Source: Halobacteroidaceae bacterium
GTDB taxonomy: Bacteria > Bacillota > Halanaerobiia > B1SED10-174
DNA length: 64,000 nucleotides
Assembly (NCBI GenBank): GCA_003551665.1
Contig: PUNE01000107.1
Span: 4,374 to 68,373, forward strand
Direction: 5' to 3'
Part shown: piece by piece, positions 26,531 to 36,122 of the stretch
How the letters are laid out: every line of letters begins with the position of its first letter
Numbering within the stretch: position 1 is the first letter of the stretch
The notes under the pieces: generated by a model
Seen by the model: only the letters and a program-made list of their open reading frames with translations
The model's database searches: none
Told to the model about the DNA's origin: nothing
Position numbers and translations under genes: made by a program

Positions 26531-27361
26531 ATGAAGTTAACGGTGCTCGTCGACAATAATTCCATAATTGACGATTATTTACTGGCCGAACCCGGACTCT
26601 CATTTTTTATTGAAGATGGGGAGGAGAAAATCCTTTTCGACCTGGGGTACTCGGAAATTTTCCTTCAGAATGCTCTGAAGTTGGGAATTGATCTGAGCCA
26701 GTGCACTACCATTGCTATTTCCCACGGCCATACCGATCACACCGGGGGACTGGAAGCATTGATCAAGCACATGTGGGAAAAGGGGATGGAGAAAGAACCT
26801 CACAAACCACGCCTGGTCCTGCACCCGGATATAATCGGGGATAGGGCCCGGGAAAAGAAAAAGATCCTGGGAATTTTCTCGGGGCGCCGGGCCCTGGAAA
26901 AAACCTTTCAGGTCCAGGAAAGCTCTGAACCACTCTGGCTTACTGATCGCCTGGTTTACCTTGGGGAGATTGAAAGGCAGTTTCCCTATGAGGGCAAGAA
27001 AAAGGTCAAAGATGACAGGGGAAGGGAAAGGATGATCGATTACCTGAGGGAGGATACCGCGCTGGCCTACTTGTCTACCGAAGGGCTGGTTATAATTACG
27101 GGTTGTTCCCATGCTGGGATCTGCAATATAGTGGAGTATGCCCGCAAGGTTTGCAGGGAGGACCGGGTTGTCGATATAATCGGGGGGTTACACCTGCAAA
27201 AGCCCTCAAGAGAACAGATGGAAGGAACAAAGGAATATTTAGCAGGTCTGGGGCTAAAAGCCTTCCATGCCTGCCACTGCACGGATCTGAAGAGCAAAAT
27301 TGCGCTTGATGAAGCAGTGGAGTTAACAGAGGTGGGAGTGGGGTTGCAACTGGAATTTTGA
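26531..27361 (+). CDS. MBL-fold metallohydrolase (COG1237 type)
   Basis: MKLTVLVDN.. N-terminus and the HxHxDH motif (SHGHTDHTGG). Confidence 0.8.
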   Translation: MKLTVLVDNNSIIDDYLLAEPGLSFFIEDGEEKILFDLGYSEIFLQNALKLGIDLSQCTTIAISHGHTDHTGGLEALIKHMWEKGMEKEPHKPRLVLHPDIIGDRAREKKKILGIFSGRRALEKTFQVQESSEPLWLTDRLVYLGEIERQFPYEGKKKVKDDRGRERMIDYLREDTALAYLSTEGLVIITGCSHAGICNIVEYARKVCREDRVVDIIGGLHLQKPSREQMEGTKEYLAGLGLKAFHACHCTDLKSKIALDEAVELTEVGVGLQLEF

Positions 27362-27502
27362 CTCCTTTGGTTTGCCCCGGAAAAAAGGAATAAGGGCCAG
27401 AGGAAAAGAAGGTTTAAGCATGGAACGAATTTTTTTATCACAGTCCCAAGACTTCTATGTGGAAGGGAAGTTTAAATTCTTAGTTTTGTCGGGGGTGGAA
27501 GA

Positions 27503-28267
27503 GTGAAACGCAAAGTTGCTTTTTTTATAAGTATGGTCCTTTTGTTTTCCGGTTTTGCCCTGGCCTATTTAGAAGCCCCGCTGGATAAACAAAACCGTTA
27601 CCTGGCTGAACCCCAAGCAGTACAGGGAGGAGAAATTACTGATGGCCGCGACCTGAGACGAATAAGGTGGGGGAGACATCCCGATTTCGAGAGGGTTGTC
27701 CTGGATATCTATGAGGGAGCATATGATGAAAAAGGTCCTGCAGTTTCCATTCCCTGTTATTTTGTGGTGGAATATGAATATTATCCCTTCCGCTTTATCG
27801 TAACTTTAGGCGGTATCAGGGCCATAAACGCAGAGCTCGGGGAGGTTCCCCAAAGCTCCCTGATACGGGAAACCTATTCCCTGCCCTATCTAGACGATAG
27901 CGGGTTCAAGTTGGCCCTGGCCCTGAACAGGCCCGTGGAATATGAGGTTTTTGAATTACATGAGCCTGGAAGGATTGTTATTGACCTGCGGGAATTACAG
28001 GATGAACTGCAGTTACCTCCCGTTTATTCCCTGAGGACAGAGACGGGCCTGGGAGTAGAAGACCTGGGTTATCTGCAGGAAATAATGCTGGGACTGGAGA
28101 GTAAAAACCCCCGGGTTATAATGGCCGGCGACGGAAAATTGTTTTTTGAAGAAAGCTATTATTCTTCCCGGGAGGAGGCAGAGGCCAGGAAGGAAGAAAT
28201 TGCTCCCCATGCCGAGTGGGCAGTTTTTTTCATAGAAAAAAGAGGCCCGGCAACCATGCCGGAGTGA
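27503..28267 (+). CDS. Membrane-anchored AMIN-domain-like protein
   Basis: N-terminal TM helix. IRWGRHPDFERVVLDI and GRIVIDLRE resemble AMIN-domain beta strands. The function is unknown. Confidence 0.6.
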   Translation: MKRKVAFFISMVLLFSGFALAYLEAPLDKQNRYLAEPQAVQGGEITDGRDLRRIRWGRHPDFERVVLDIYEGAYDEKGPAVSIPCYFVVEYEYYPFRFIVTLGGIRAINAELGEVPQSSLIRETYSLPYLDDSGFKLALALNRPVEYEVFELHEPGRIVIDLRELQDELQLPPVYSLRTETGLGVEDLGYLQEIMLGLESKNPRVIMAGDGKLFFEESYYSSREEAEARKEEIAPHAEWAVFFIEKRGPATMPE

Positions 28268-28309
28268 GAATAGAACCAGGAGCGGCAGAAAAGTCAGGAG
28301 GTGCGGTAA

Positions 28310-30733
28310 TTGGTTGAAACCCCAAAATTATCCTGGGAAATGGAGATGCAAAAAAGAAGGGATGTAATCAGACCCATAAATGAGAGAATTGCCCGTCTGC
28401 GGCAGGAAAGCGTCCAGTCAGAGGTAAAAATTTCCCGGGAAAGGGCAATGCTTATTACTGAATATTACAAGAAAGAAGCTGACCCGGGTTGGTCTACCCC
28501 TGTCTGGAGGGCAAGGGCCTTTAAGTATTTAATGGAAAGAGTTAGCCTGCCCGTTGAAGAAGGACAGTTGATCGTGGGGCTCCGGGGAACAGGGGCCAGA
28601 GAAGTCCCTACTTACCCCGAAATCTGCACCCACAGCCCCGAAGACCTGGAGGTTTTAAATTCGCGGGAAAACATGCCCTACCGGGTGGATAAAACCACCA
28701 GGGATTATTACGAGCAGGAGGTTATTCCCTTCTGGGAGGGGAAAACCGTGCGGGAGGAGATTTTTTCCAGCCTGCCCGATGCGTGGCTCCAGGCTTATGA
28801 GACGGGAGTATGGACAGAGTTCATGGAGCAGAGGGCTCCAGGCCATTCTGCCGGGGGGGAGAGGGTTTTTAAGAAGGGTTTACTGGAAATCAAGGAGGAA
28901 ATAGGGAAAAAGATTTCCCAATTCTACCCCGGTGATGCTGAGTATGAAGAATTAATGGCAATGGATATTGCTGCTGATGCTATCCTGGCCTATGCCCGGC
29001 GTTACTCGGAGAAACTGGAAAAAATGGCCGGGGAAGAAAAAGATCCCGGGCGGAAAAGGGAACTGGAGATTATGGCCGGGAACTGCCGGCGGGTTCCAGC
29101 AGAGGCTCCAACAACCTTCTGGGAAGCCCTGCAGCATTACTGGTTTGTCCATGTAGGGATAGTCTATGAAACCAACCCCTGGGATTCCTTTACTCCCGGG
29201 AGGCTTGATCAGCACCTGCTTCCCTTTTACCGCAGAGAAAATGAAGAAAACCAGCAGGAAAAAGAAAGAGCCAGGGAACTCCTCCAGGCCTTCTGGATCA
29301 AGTTTAACAACCAGCCTGCCGTCCCCAAGGTGGGAGTAACGGCAGAAGAAAGCTTTACCTACAATGATTTTTCCAAGATCAATCTGGGTGGGGTTGCAAA
29401 GGATGGAAGTGATGGGGTTAATGAACTTTCTTCGTTGATCCTGGAAGTTTTTGACGGCATCAGGACCCTTCAGCCCAACCTGGCAGTACTTGTGAGCAAT
29501 AAAAACCCGGAACGGTTTTTCCTGGAGGCCCTTGATGTCGTGGGGCCCGGCTTTGGGGAACCGCCGTTTTTCAATGCCGATGGGGCAATAGTTAAAATGC
29601 TGCGGCAGGGAAAAAACCTTGAGGATGCCAGGGCTTCGGGGGTCAGCGGGTGCGTTGAAACCGGTGCTTTTGGTAGGGAAGCCTATATCCTGACAGGGTA
29701 CTTTAACCTGCCCAAAATCCTGGAAATAACCCTCCACAACGGAATGGACCCTGTTACAGGTAAAAATATTGGAATTGAAACAGGAGAACCCACTTCTTTT
29801 CAATCCTTCGGGGAACTCTGGGAAGCTTTCAAAAAACAGGTGGCCCATTTCCTGGAAATTAAGATGCGGGGTAACGAGATAATCGAAGAAATCTATGCCC
29901 GGAGGTTTCCCGTGCCCTTCATGTCCCTCTGGATTGATGATTGTGTTGAAAAGGCCAGGGATTATAATTCAGGGGGAGCACGGTATAATTCCCAGTATAT
30001 TCAGGTGGTGGGCCTGGGAACTCTTGCTTTTAGCCTTAATGCAATACAACACCACGTTTATGGCAACCAAACCCTTAAAATGGGAGTACTGCTTAAGGCC
30101 CTGGATGAAGATTTTTCAGGAGACGGCGAGATCCTGCGCCAGGTTCTTTTAAATAAAACTCCAAGGTATGGAGAAGATGAAGAAAAGGCAGACCGGCTGG
30201 CAAAAGAAATAGTGGATGAGATTGTTAACCTTGTTGAAAGTTATCCTTCATCCAAGGTGCGCGGAGCTGCCCGCAGGGTCTATTTCCTTCCCACTACGGT
30301 CCATGTTTACTTTGGCCGGGTTACCGGTGCAACTCCTGATGGCAGGAAGGCCCATAGACCTGTTTCCGAAGGAGTCTCCCCGGTGCAGGGCAGTGACAGA
30401 AAGGGGATTTCCGCTGTTTTTAAATCTGTCTCCAAATGCGACTGGGAAAAAACAGGAGGGGCTCTTCTGAACCAGAAACTGACTCCGGATCTCCTTGAGG
30501 GGGAGGAGAATAAAAAGAAGCTGGTCAAACTGATAAAAACCTTTTTCAACCTAGGCGGACACCATGTCCAGTTTAATATTGTGAGCCGGGAACTTCTGCA
30601 AAAAGCCCGGGAAAAACCACAGGACTTCCAGGACTTAATGGTCCGGGTTGCAGGCTACAGCGATTATTTTGTCAACCTTCCGCAGGACCTGCAGGAAGAG
30701 ATAATTTTAAGGACAGAGCATACAGAAATCTGA
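28310..30733 (+). CDS. Glycyl radical enzyme, PFL2/dehydratase-lyase branch, substrate unknown
   Basis: 807 aa. C-terminal glycyl-radical motif VRVAGYS. The thiyl loop GVSGCVETG has a single Cys with a Glu two residues later, not the Cys-Cys of PFL. AGGAGG SD before a TTG start. Confidence 0.9.
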   Translation: MVETPKLSWEMEMQKRRDVIRPINERIARLRQESVQSEVKISRERAMLITEYYKKEADPGWSTPVWRARAFKYLMERVSLPVEEGQLIVGLRGTGAREVPTYPEICTHSPEDLEVLNSRENMPYRVDKTTRDYYEQEVIPFWEGKTVREEIFSSLPDAWLQAYETGVWTEFMEQRAPGHSAGGERVFKKGLLEIKEEIGKKISQFYPGDAEYEELMAMDIAADAILAYARRYSEKLEKMAGEEKDPGRKRELEIMAGNCRRVPAEAPTTFWEALQHYWFVHVGIVYETNPWDSFTPGRLDQHLLPFYRRENEENQQEKERARELLQAFWIKFNNQPAVPKVGVTAEESFTYNDFSKINLGGVAKDGSDGVNELSSLILEVFDGIRTLQPNLAVLVSNKNPERFFLEALDVVGPGFGEPPFFNADGAIVKMLRQGKNLEDARASGVSGCVETGAFGREAYILTGYFNLPKILEITLHNGMDPVTGKNIGIETGEPTSFQSFGELWEAFKKQVAHFLEIKMRGNEIIEEIYARRFPVPFMSLWIDDCVEKARDYNSGGARYNSQYIQVVGLGTLAFSLNAIQHHVYGNQTLKMGVLLKALDEDFSGDGEILRQVLLNKTPRYGEDEEKADRLAKEIVDEIVNLVESYPSSKVRGAARRVYFLPTTVHVYFGRVTGATPDGRKAHRPVSEGVSPVQGSDRKGISAVFKSVSKCDWEKTGGALLNQKLTPDLLEGEENKKKLVKLIKTFFNLGGHHVQFNIVSRELLQKAREKPQDFQDLMVRVAGYSDYFVNLPQDLQEEIILRTEHTEI

Positions 30734-30768
30734 GCTTAAACATCCCACAGGGAGGTGCGACGAGTTTC

Positions 30769-31674
30769 ATGGCAGCAAAAGGGTTGATTACGGATATAAA
30801 AAGATATGCCATACACGATGGACCGGGTATTCGCACGACAGTTTTCTTTAAGGGATGCCCCTTAAGTTGCCCGTGGTGCCATAATCCCGAGTGTATTTCT
30901 TCCGAAAAGGACCTGATGTATTTCGAATATAAATGTATTTCCTGTGGGATTTGCATCAAGGAATGCCCTGAAGACGCTCTGGAAAAAGAGGGTCCAGGTG
31001 TGAAGATTAATTACTCCCTGTGCACCAGTTGTGAAAGGTGTGCCGAGGTTTGCCCGACGGGAGCCCTGGAAATTAAGGGGCAGTGGTATTCAGTGGGAGA
31101 AGTGATGAAGGAGCTAGAAAAGGACCTGCTATTTTATGACAGTTCTGAGGGAGGAGTAACCTTTTCCGGGGGAGAGCCCCTGTACCAGCCGGATTTTCTT
31201 CTTGCCCTGCTCAAAGAGTGCCGCAGGGGTAGAATTCACACTGTTCTCGATACTTCCGGCTGCGCAGACAGGGAGATCATGGAGCAGGTAATGGATTACG
31301 TTGATCTTTTTTATTATGATTTAAAACTGACTGATAGGTCCGAGCAGAAAAAATTCCTTGGTTCTGAGATTGAAAACTCCTTTCGAAACCTGGAGCTTTT
31401 AAACAGGGCAGGCCGGGGGAGCGATACGGTCATCCGAATTGCCGTAATTCCGGGGATTTCCGATACCGGGCAAAACCTGGAGGGTTTAATGGAAGTCCTT
31501 TCTTCCCTGCAGGGATTAAAGGAAATCCACCTTCTGCCCTACCACGATGTCCGAGAAAAATTCCGCAGACTTGGCCGGAAGTTTTCCCTGAACGGCTTGA
31601 GTTCTCCTGAAAAAAAAGAGCTGGAATTTTTGCAGGAAAAAATTGCTGCAGGGGGATTCAGAGTTAAAATCTGA
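30769..31674 (+). CDS. Glycyl-radical enzyme activating enzyme (radical SAM)
   Basis: CPLSCPWCHNPE (CX3CX2C) plus two ferredoxin-like clusters (CISCGICIKECP, CTSCERCAEVCP). Starts 35 nt after the GRE stop. Confidence 0.9.
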   Translation: MAAKGLITDIKRYAIHDGPGIRTTVFFKGCPLSCPWCHNPECISSEKDLMYFEYKCISCGICIKECPEDALEKEGPGVKINYSLCTSCERCAEVCPTGALEIKGQWYSVGEVMKELEKDLLFYDSSEGGVTFSGGEPLYQPDFLLALLKECRRGRIHTVLDTSGCADREIMEQVMDYVDLFYYDLKLTDRSEQKKFLGSEIENSFRNLELLNRAGRGSDTVIRIAVIPGISDTGQNLEGLMEVLSSLQGLKEIHLLPYHDVREKFRRLGRKFSLNGLSSPEKKELEFLQEKIAAGGFRVKI

Positions 31675-32030
31675 TGTTTTTTCTATTGCCCGGTATTTCC
31701 GGGCTTTATTCGTGAAAAACCACCTCCAGGAAAGGGGATGGTTTTCGGGGACTCTTCAGGTTTCTTTTTTTGAACTTTCTCCTAAAAATACTGTCAAGGC
31801 GGAAAAAACAACCGGAGCACTCAGGAGCAGGGGAGGATTTCTAATTTCCAGGTATGAAGAAATTTAAATTTCACCGAGTCCACCCGGGGTAAGGATCACG
31901 CTGGGCCACATAAAAAGACCTCCCTTTAAATATTTTCCCCCGGTAGAATAATAACCATAAAATTACTTTATCCTTTAATAATCCGGAATTAAATTTTCCC
32001 GCAGGGTTTCTGCTGGAAGGAGGTTTTGTT

Positions 32031-32588
32031 GTGAGTGTGTTTTTCGAGGGTAAAAAAGTCAGGTTGAGGTCGATCAAAAAAGAGGACCTTCCCCGCCTCC
32101 AGAACTTGATGGGAGAGCCGGAGACGAGGAGGCTGGTGGGGGAGGTTTTTCCTGTTACCGAGGGAGGGATGGAAAAGTTTTACCAGGATTGCCAGGAAAC
32201 CAAGGACCGGATCTGGATGGTAATCGAGGACCGGGAAACTCAAAGATTGGTCGGAGAAACAGGTTTTTTGCGAATTTTTTACCCCTGGAGGACTGCTGAC
32301 TTTTCCTTGATTCTCTGGGACAGAAGGTACCAGGGCCAGGGATATGGCCGGGAAACAGCCCACTTGATGTTAGAGTATGGGTTTAATACCCTTAATCTTC
32401 ATCGGGTTGCAATCGGTGTTCCGGCAATAAATAAAAGGGGGGTTGCCTTCTGGAAAAGCCTGGGTTTCCGGGAAGAAGGAAGGCAGATCGAGGGGTTTTT
32501 TTCTGACGGGGTGTTTTCGGATTTTGTGATGATGTTTCTCCTGGAAGGTGATTACCGGGGACGGAGCGGTGAAAGGCAGGGCAGTTGA
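32031..32588 (+). CDS. GNAT N-acetyltransferase, RimJ/RimL-like
   Basis: 185 aa. YQGQGYGRE acetyl-CoA loop and HRVAIGVPAINKRGVAFWKSLGF. Confidence 0.8.
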   Translation: MSVFFEGKKVRLRSIKKEDLPRLQNLMGEPETRRLVGEVFPVTEGGMEKFYQDCQETKDRIWMVIEDRETQRLVGETGFLRIFYPWRTADFSLILWDRRYQGQGYGRETAHLMLEYGFNTLNLHRVAIGVPAINKRGVAFWKSLGFREEGRQIEGFFSDGVFSDFVMMFLLEGDYRGRSGERQGS

Positions 32589-32778
32589 CTGCCAGAATAT
32601 ACCTGCTGCCCCTTTTTAGTAATAGGGAAGACAATGAGGGAGATGTGCAAAGGTGTGAGAGAAAGCCAAAGCAAGGCTTGGATTTATGGATATTGCAAGG
32701 AAAAACTATTTTTGAAAGCACCAGTTTTTTCAAAAAATGACAGCAGTAAATTTGCGATAAAAAAGGGGGAGAATTGAA

Positions 32779-33540
32779 TTGTTCAGGTCAGCTCTGGTCC
32801 GGATACCCTGCAGGAATTTAACCCAGGGTATTTCCTCGGAGAAAAGGGGTCTTCCCGACTACAACAGGGCCATAAGACAGCATCAGAAATATGTTGCAGC
32901 CCTGGAGAGATGCGGGCTAAGGGTTTTTGTCCTTCCCCCGGACGAGGGTTATCCGGATTCCACTTTTATTGAAGATACCGCTGTCCTTACTCCGAGAGTA
33001 GCGGTTATATGCAGGCCGGGAGTTGCGTCCCGCCGGGGGGAAGAGAAAAAGGTTTACCCGGTCCTTAAGGAGTTTTATTCCAGTATAGAGTTTATTGAAG
33101 CCCCGGGCACCCTGGAAGGAGGAGATGTGCTCCAGGTTGGGACCCGGTTTTACGTTGGCAGGTCCGGCCGGACAAACGAAGAAGGCCTCAGGCAGTTCAG
33201 CCTGATTCTCCAGAAATACGGTTATTGCTGCATCCCGGTTAACCTGGAAAAAATGCTGCACCTTAAAACTGGAGTTGCCTACATGGGACACGATAACCTC
33301 CTGGTAGCAGGAGAGTTGCGGAAGAACGAAATATTTGCAGGGTTCAAAAGGATTGAAGTGGATGCAGAGGAAAGCTACAGCGCCAACAGTCTCTGGATAA
33401 ACGGGAAAGTCCTCATGCCCGAGGGCTTTGCAAAAACCCGGGAAAAGTTAAAAAAGGCAGGTTATCCAGTACAGGAGGTTGATGTTTCGGAATTTGCCAG
33501 GCTGGATGGGGGCTTGAGCTGCCTTTCTTTAAGGCTTTAG
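32779..33540 (+). CDS. Pentein-fold amidinotransferase/dimethylarginine dimethylaminohydrolase (DDAH)-like hydrolase
   Basis: 253 aa. DSTFIEDTAV, GGDVLQVG, LHLKT and the C-terminal catalytic-Cys region LDGGLSCLSL. Confidence 0.75.
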   Translation: MFRSALVRIPCRNLTQGISSEKRGLPDYNRAIRQHQKYVAALERCGLRVFVLPPDEGYPDSTFIEDTAVLTPRVAVICRPGVASRRGEEKKVYPVLKEFYSSIEFIEAPGTLEGGDVLQVGTRFYVGRSGRTNEEGLRQFSLILQKYGYCCIPVNLEKMLHLKTGVAYMGHDNLLVAGELRKNEIFAGFKRIEVDAEESYSANSLWINGKVLMPEGFAKTREKLKKAGYPVQEVDVSEFARLDGGLSCLSLRL

Positions 33541-33667
33541 AAAAATTGGGACGTAGTTAGGAGGATCTGTCCAACCCAAAATTTACTCTGCTCAAGAGAG
33601 GCCCGGATCCCCAGGGTTTTTCCGGGGATTTTTTTAAAGAAAACAAATCCCCGACTCAAAAATAATA

Positions 33668-33727
33668 GCTCCCCCTATGTGAAGAGGATTGAGTTGCACC
33701 TCTTTTTGCATAAGGGGAGCTTTTTTT
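33668..33727. terminator. Long-stem terminator between convergent genes
   Basis: GCTCCCC...GGGGAGC outer stem with an inner GAAGAGG/CCTCTT hairpin, followed by TTTTTTT. The upstream flank is A-rich. Confidence 0.6.
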
Positions 33728-33759
33728 AGTTGAGGTTTCAGAATGGGGACCCTGATTTT

Positions 33760-35718
33760 TTACCAGATAATGGGGGGATCAATGGGTGTGAGAATGAAGG
33801 GGAAGCGAGGATATTGTGAATCGGTACCAAAAGTCCATATATCGTCATCCCAATCTTCGTACATACTGTTTTCCGGGTTTTCATCAGGATCTATTTCTCC
33901 AGCAGGGGTAATATAGGAATTGGATGTGCCCACGGTCATTTGAAGGGTGGTTCTTCCTTCGCCGCCAGCAGACTCTGCCTGTTTAGAGGTATCAATATCC
34001 CAGTAACTAAGATCAACATTAGTTAGGAAATGCGTCCCAATTTTACCAACCAGCCCTCCAGAGTTTGAAGTTCCGCTTACCTCCCCTATGGAATAACACC
34101 TGGAAATTGAACCCTGATGGCTTCCGACAAGTCCACCCACATTAGAATTACCAGAGACATTTCCAATTGCGTAGGAATTAAGGACGGAGCCCCGTACTTC
34201 CCTTGTTTGGCATCCGTTTTCCCCAATCAGTCCCCCGACATTGTAAGAACCTCTTACGGTTCCCGAAGCCCAGCTAGTTTTAACATAACCACCCTCTGTG
34301 TTTTCTCCTACAAGGCCACCAATATTGCTGGGAGAGGCAGCAATTCCCTCGACCTCAATTGAAGAGAAGCATCTTTCAATTGTTCCAACGTTTAGTCCAG
34401 CCAGACCGCCCACATTTTTGGCTCCAACTACTTTTTCTCCAGAAGTTCCGCTCCGGTATATGTCCTCCTCGTTTTTTCCCACCAGCCCTCCAACACCCTC
34501 AGCACCTTTGATTGTCCCGGTTACACTGCTGTTTTTTATTTTTCCCTGGTTTAATGCAGCCAGCCCACCGACCACAAATTGCCCGTGTATTTCAACTTCT
34601 TCCAAAACAATCCCCTGTAATTCAGCACCTGCACCGAGGCACCCAAAAAGGCCGAGGTTATTTTTATCCGAGGCATCCATTTTCAAACTGGTGATTATTT
34701 TGCCATTTCCCTCAAGGGTGCCTGTAAAGGGGTCGTTATTGGTCCCAACAGGCTCCCAGCCTTCCCCTGACCCGAATTTTGCAAGGTCGATATCCTGGGT
34801 GAGTATAAAATGTTTGTCCGGGTAGCCTCTTATATTGTTTAACTGATCAGCGTTTTCTATTTCAAAGGGATTGCTTTCTGTCCCTTCTCCACCGGCAAAG
34901 CCTCCGGTAAAAAGGGCATAGACCTTCTTGTTAGATTCAACAGCAATTGTAGTTACTTTAGAATAAGGGTCTTTTACATTGCCCTTCCAGGCTTCAAATT
35001 CCCATTTCAACTCGGTATGGGGAGAGGCTTCGAGATTTACTAATTCTCCTTTATTTAATAAATAGGTACCTTCTTCAGGGGTAATAGTTCCAATTCCCCT
35101 TCCGACTTCCAGGGTTAGAACCACCTTTACCAGTTCAGGCGATGGCGTTGATACTGGCCCGCAATTAAAATCCACTCCATCTCCTTTTGCCTGAACTGTT
35201 ACTGTATATTCTCCAGCACCAAGGTCGAGAATAACCGAAGAAAAATCATATTGTTCTGTTCCAGGGTCCACACTTTCTGTTTCTACGAGAATATCGTCGC
35301 GGTAAAGTTTGACCTCGTAACTCTGAGCATTATCAACATCATTCCAGGTAATCTTATCGCCATCCCAAACCGGTTTTTCCACCTGGTCCAGGTTACCAAT
35401 TGATATATCCTCGAAAATTGCAATAATTTCTTTTTTCCCATCCATCAAAATTTTCCATTCTCCCTCAGAGTAGGCCACCTCATCACCATGGGTACCGCCC
35501 CACTGCTTAAATTCAAAATCATCCTCTGCGGTAACTTCCAGTGTTAGCGAAGTTCCTGAAGAAAATTCCCCACTTGAAGGAGAAACATGTCCAGCATCTT
35601 CAGGCGAAATTTCAACTGTAAGGGAATAATTTACCGGAGTTCCTCCGCAGCCCACAAAAAAAACCAGCAGCAGGGAAATTATTAAAAAAAGAGCAAAACG
35701 AAAATTCCCTTGATGCAT
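33760..35718 (-). CDS. Large surface lipoprotein with InlB-B-repeat-like and GLUG-motif repeats
   Basis: Lipobox FVGC. Two FEFKQWGG / WEFEAWKG modules (Listeria-Bacteroides repeat type), an FN3-like SYEVKLY segment, then more than 8 GGL(V/I/A)G GLUG repeats. Confidence 0.85.
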   Translation of the reverse strand: MHQGNFRFALFLIISLLLVFFVGCGGTPVNYSLTVEISPEDAGHVSPSSGEFSSGTSLTLEVTAEDDFEFKQWGGTHGDEVAYSEGEWKILMDGKKEIIAIFEDISIGNLDQVEKPVWDGDKITWNDVDNAQSYEVKLYRDDILVETESVDPGTEQYDFSSVILDLGAGEYTVTVQAKGDGVDFNCGPVSTPSPELVKVVLTLEVGRGIGTITPEEGTYLLNKGELVNLEASPHTELKWEFEAWKGNVKDPYSKVTTIAVESNKKVYALFTGGFAGGEGTESNPFEIENADQLNNIRGYPDKHFILTQDIDLAKFGSGEGWEPVGTNNDPFTGTLEGNGKIITSLKMDASDKNNLGLFGCLGAGAELQGIVLEEVEIHGQFVVGGLAALNQGKIKNSSVTGTIKGAEGVGGLVGKNEEDIYRSGTSGEKVVGAKNVGGLAGLNVGTIERCFSSIEVEGIAASPSNIGGLVGENTEGGYVKTSWASGTVRGSYNVGGLIGENGCQTREVRGSVLNSYAIGNVSGNSNVGGLVGSHQGSISRCYSIGEVSGTSNSGGLVGKIGTHFLTNVDLSYWDIDTSKQAESAGGEGRTTLQMTVGTSNSYITPAGEIDPDENPENSMYEDWDDDIWTFGTDSQYPRFPFILTPIDPPIIW

Positions 35719-36032
35719 TTTAGTACCCCCTAAGATTTTTTTGGGTTTCTTTGGACATCCCCCGTTCTCCAGAAATCAATTTTTGAATTTCCTTTTGGCT
35801 ATTGGAGCATAAAACACCCCCTTGGAGTTTTTATGTCCTTGAGAAAAAGGAGGTAATTTAATTTTTGGTTTGTAGGGTTTTGGATTATTTATCCAGAAAA
35901 GCTCTCCTTATGTTAACGATAGCACATGGAAATAAAGATAACTTAAAATTTATATAAAAATTTTTTAAATTAAAGGAATAAAAGGAAATTTTTCCATCAA
36001 AATGGTAGTTTCCCCTGATAAAAAGAGGGCGG

Positions 36033-36073
36033 AAAATAAAACCCCTTCCCGGTTTAACCACGGAAAAGGGGTT
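36033..36073 (-). terminator. Rho-independent terminator after the QueG-like gene
   Basis: The minus strand reads AACCCCTT-loop-AAGGGGTT followed by TTTTATTTT. Confidence 0.6.
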
Positions 36074-36122
36074 AATCAAGCTCTGGAATTGTTTTCTGTG
36101 GGGCTTTTTGTGGAGAGAACAT

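Noticed and set aside
28952-29848. A 298-aa minus-strand ORF inside the GRE gene. Similar long antisense ORFs occur at 6518-6958, 7065-7571, 9491-9982, 10974-11573, 14075-14470, 17078-17605, 20447-20947, 26600-27112, 34298-34825, 38525-39142, 38784-39509, 44464-44949, 47227-47775, 48052-48414, 53466-53837, 56678-57202 and 59546-60160.
   Set aside because: All lie antisense to, or out of frame with, genes that have strong motif support. Their products are low-complexity (Pro/Ser/Gly/Arg-rich) and lack SDs. These are typical shadow ORFs.
31643-32077. The 74-aa + ORF and the 68-aa minus ORF in the 356-bp gap between the GRE activase and the GNAT gene.
   Set aside because: The first starts inside the activase gene. 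Neither has an SD or a recognisable domain. I treat the gap as non-coding or promoter sequence.
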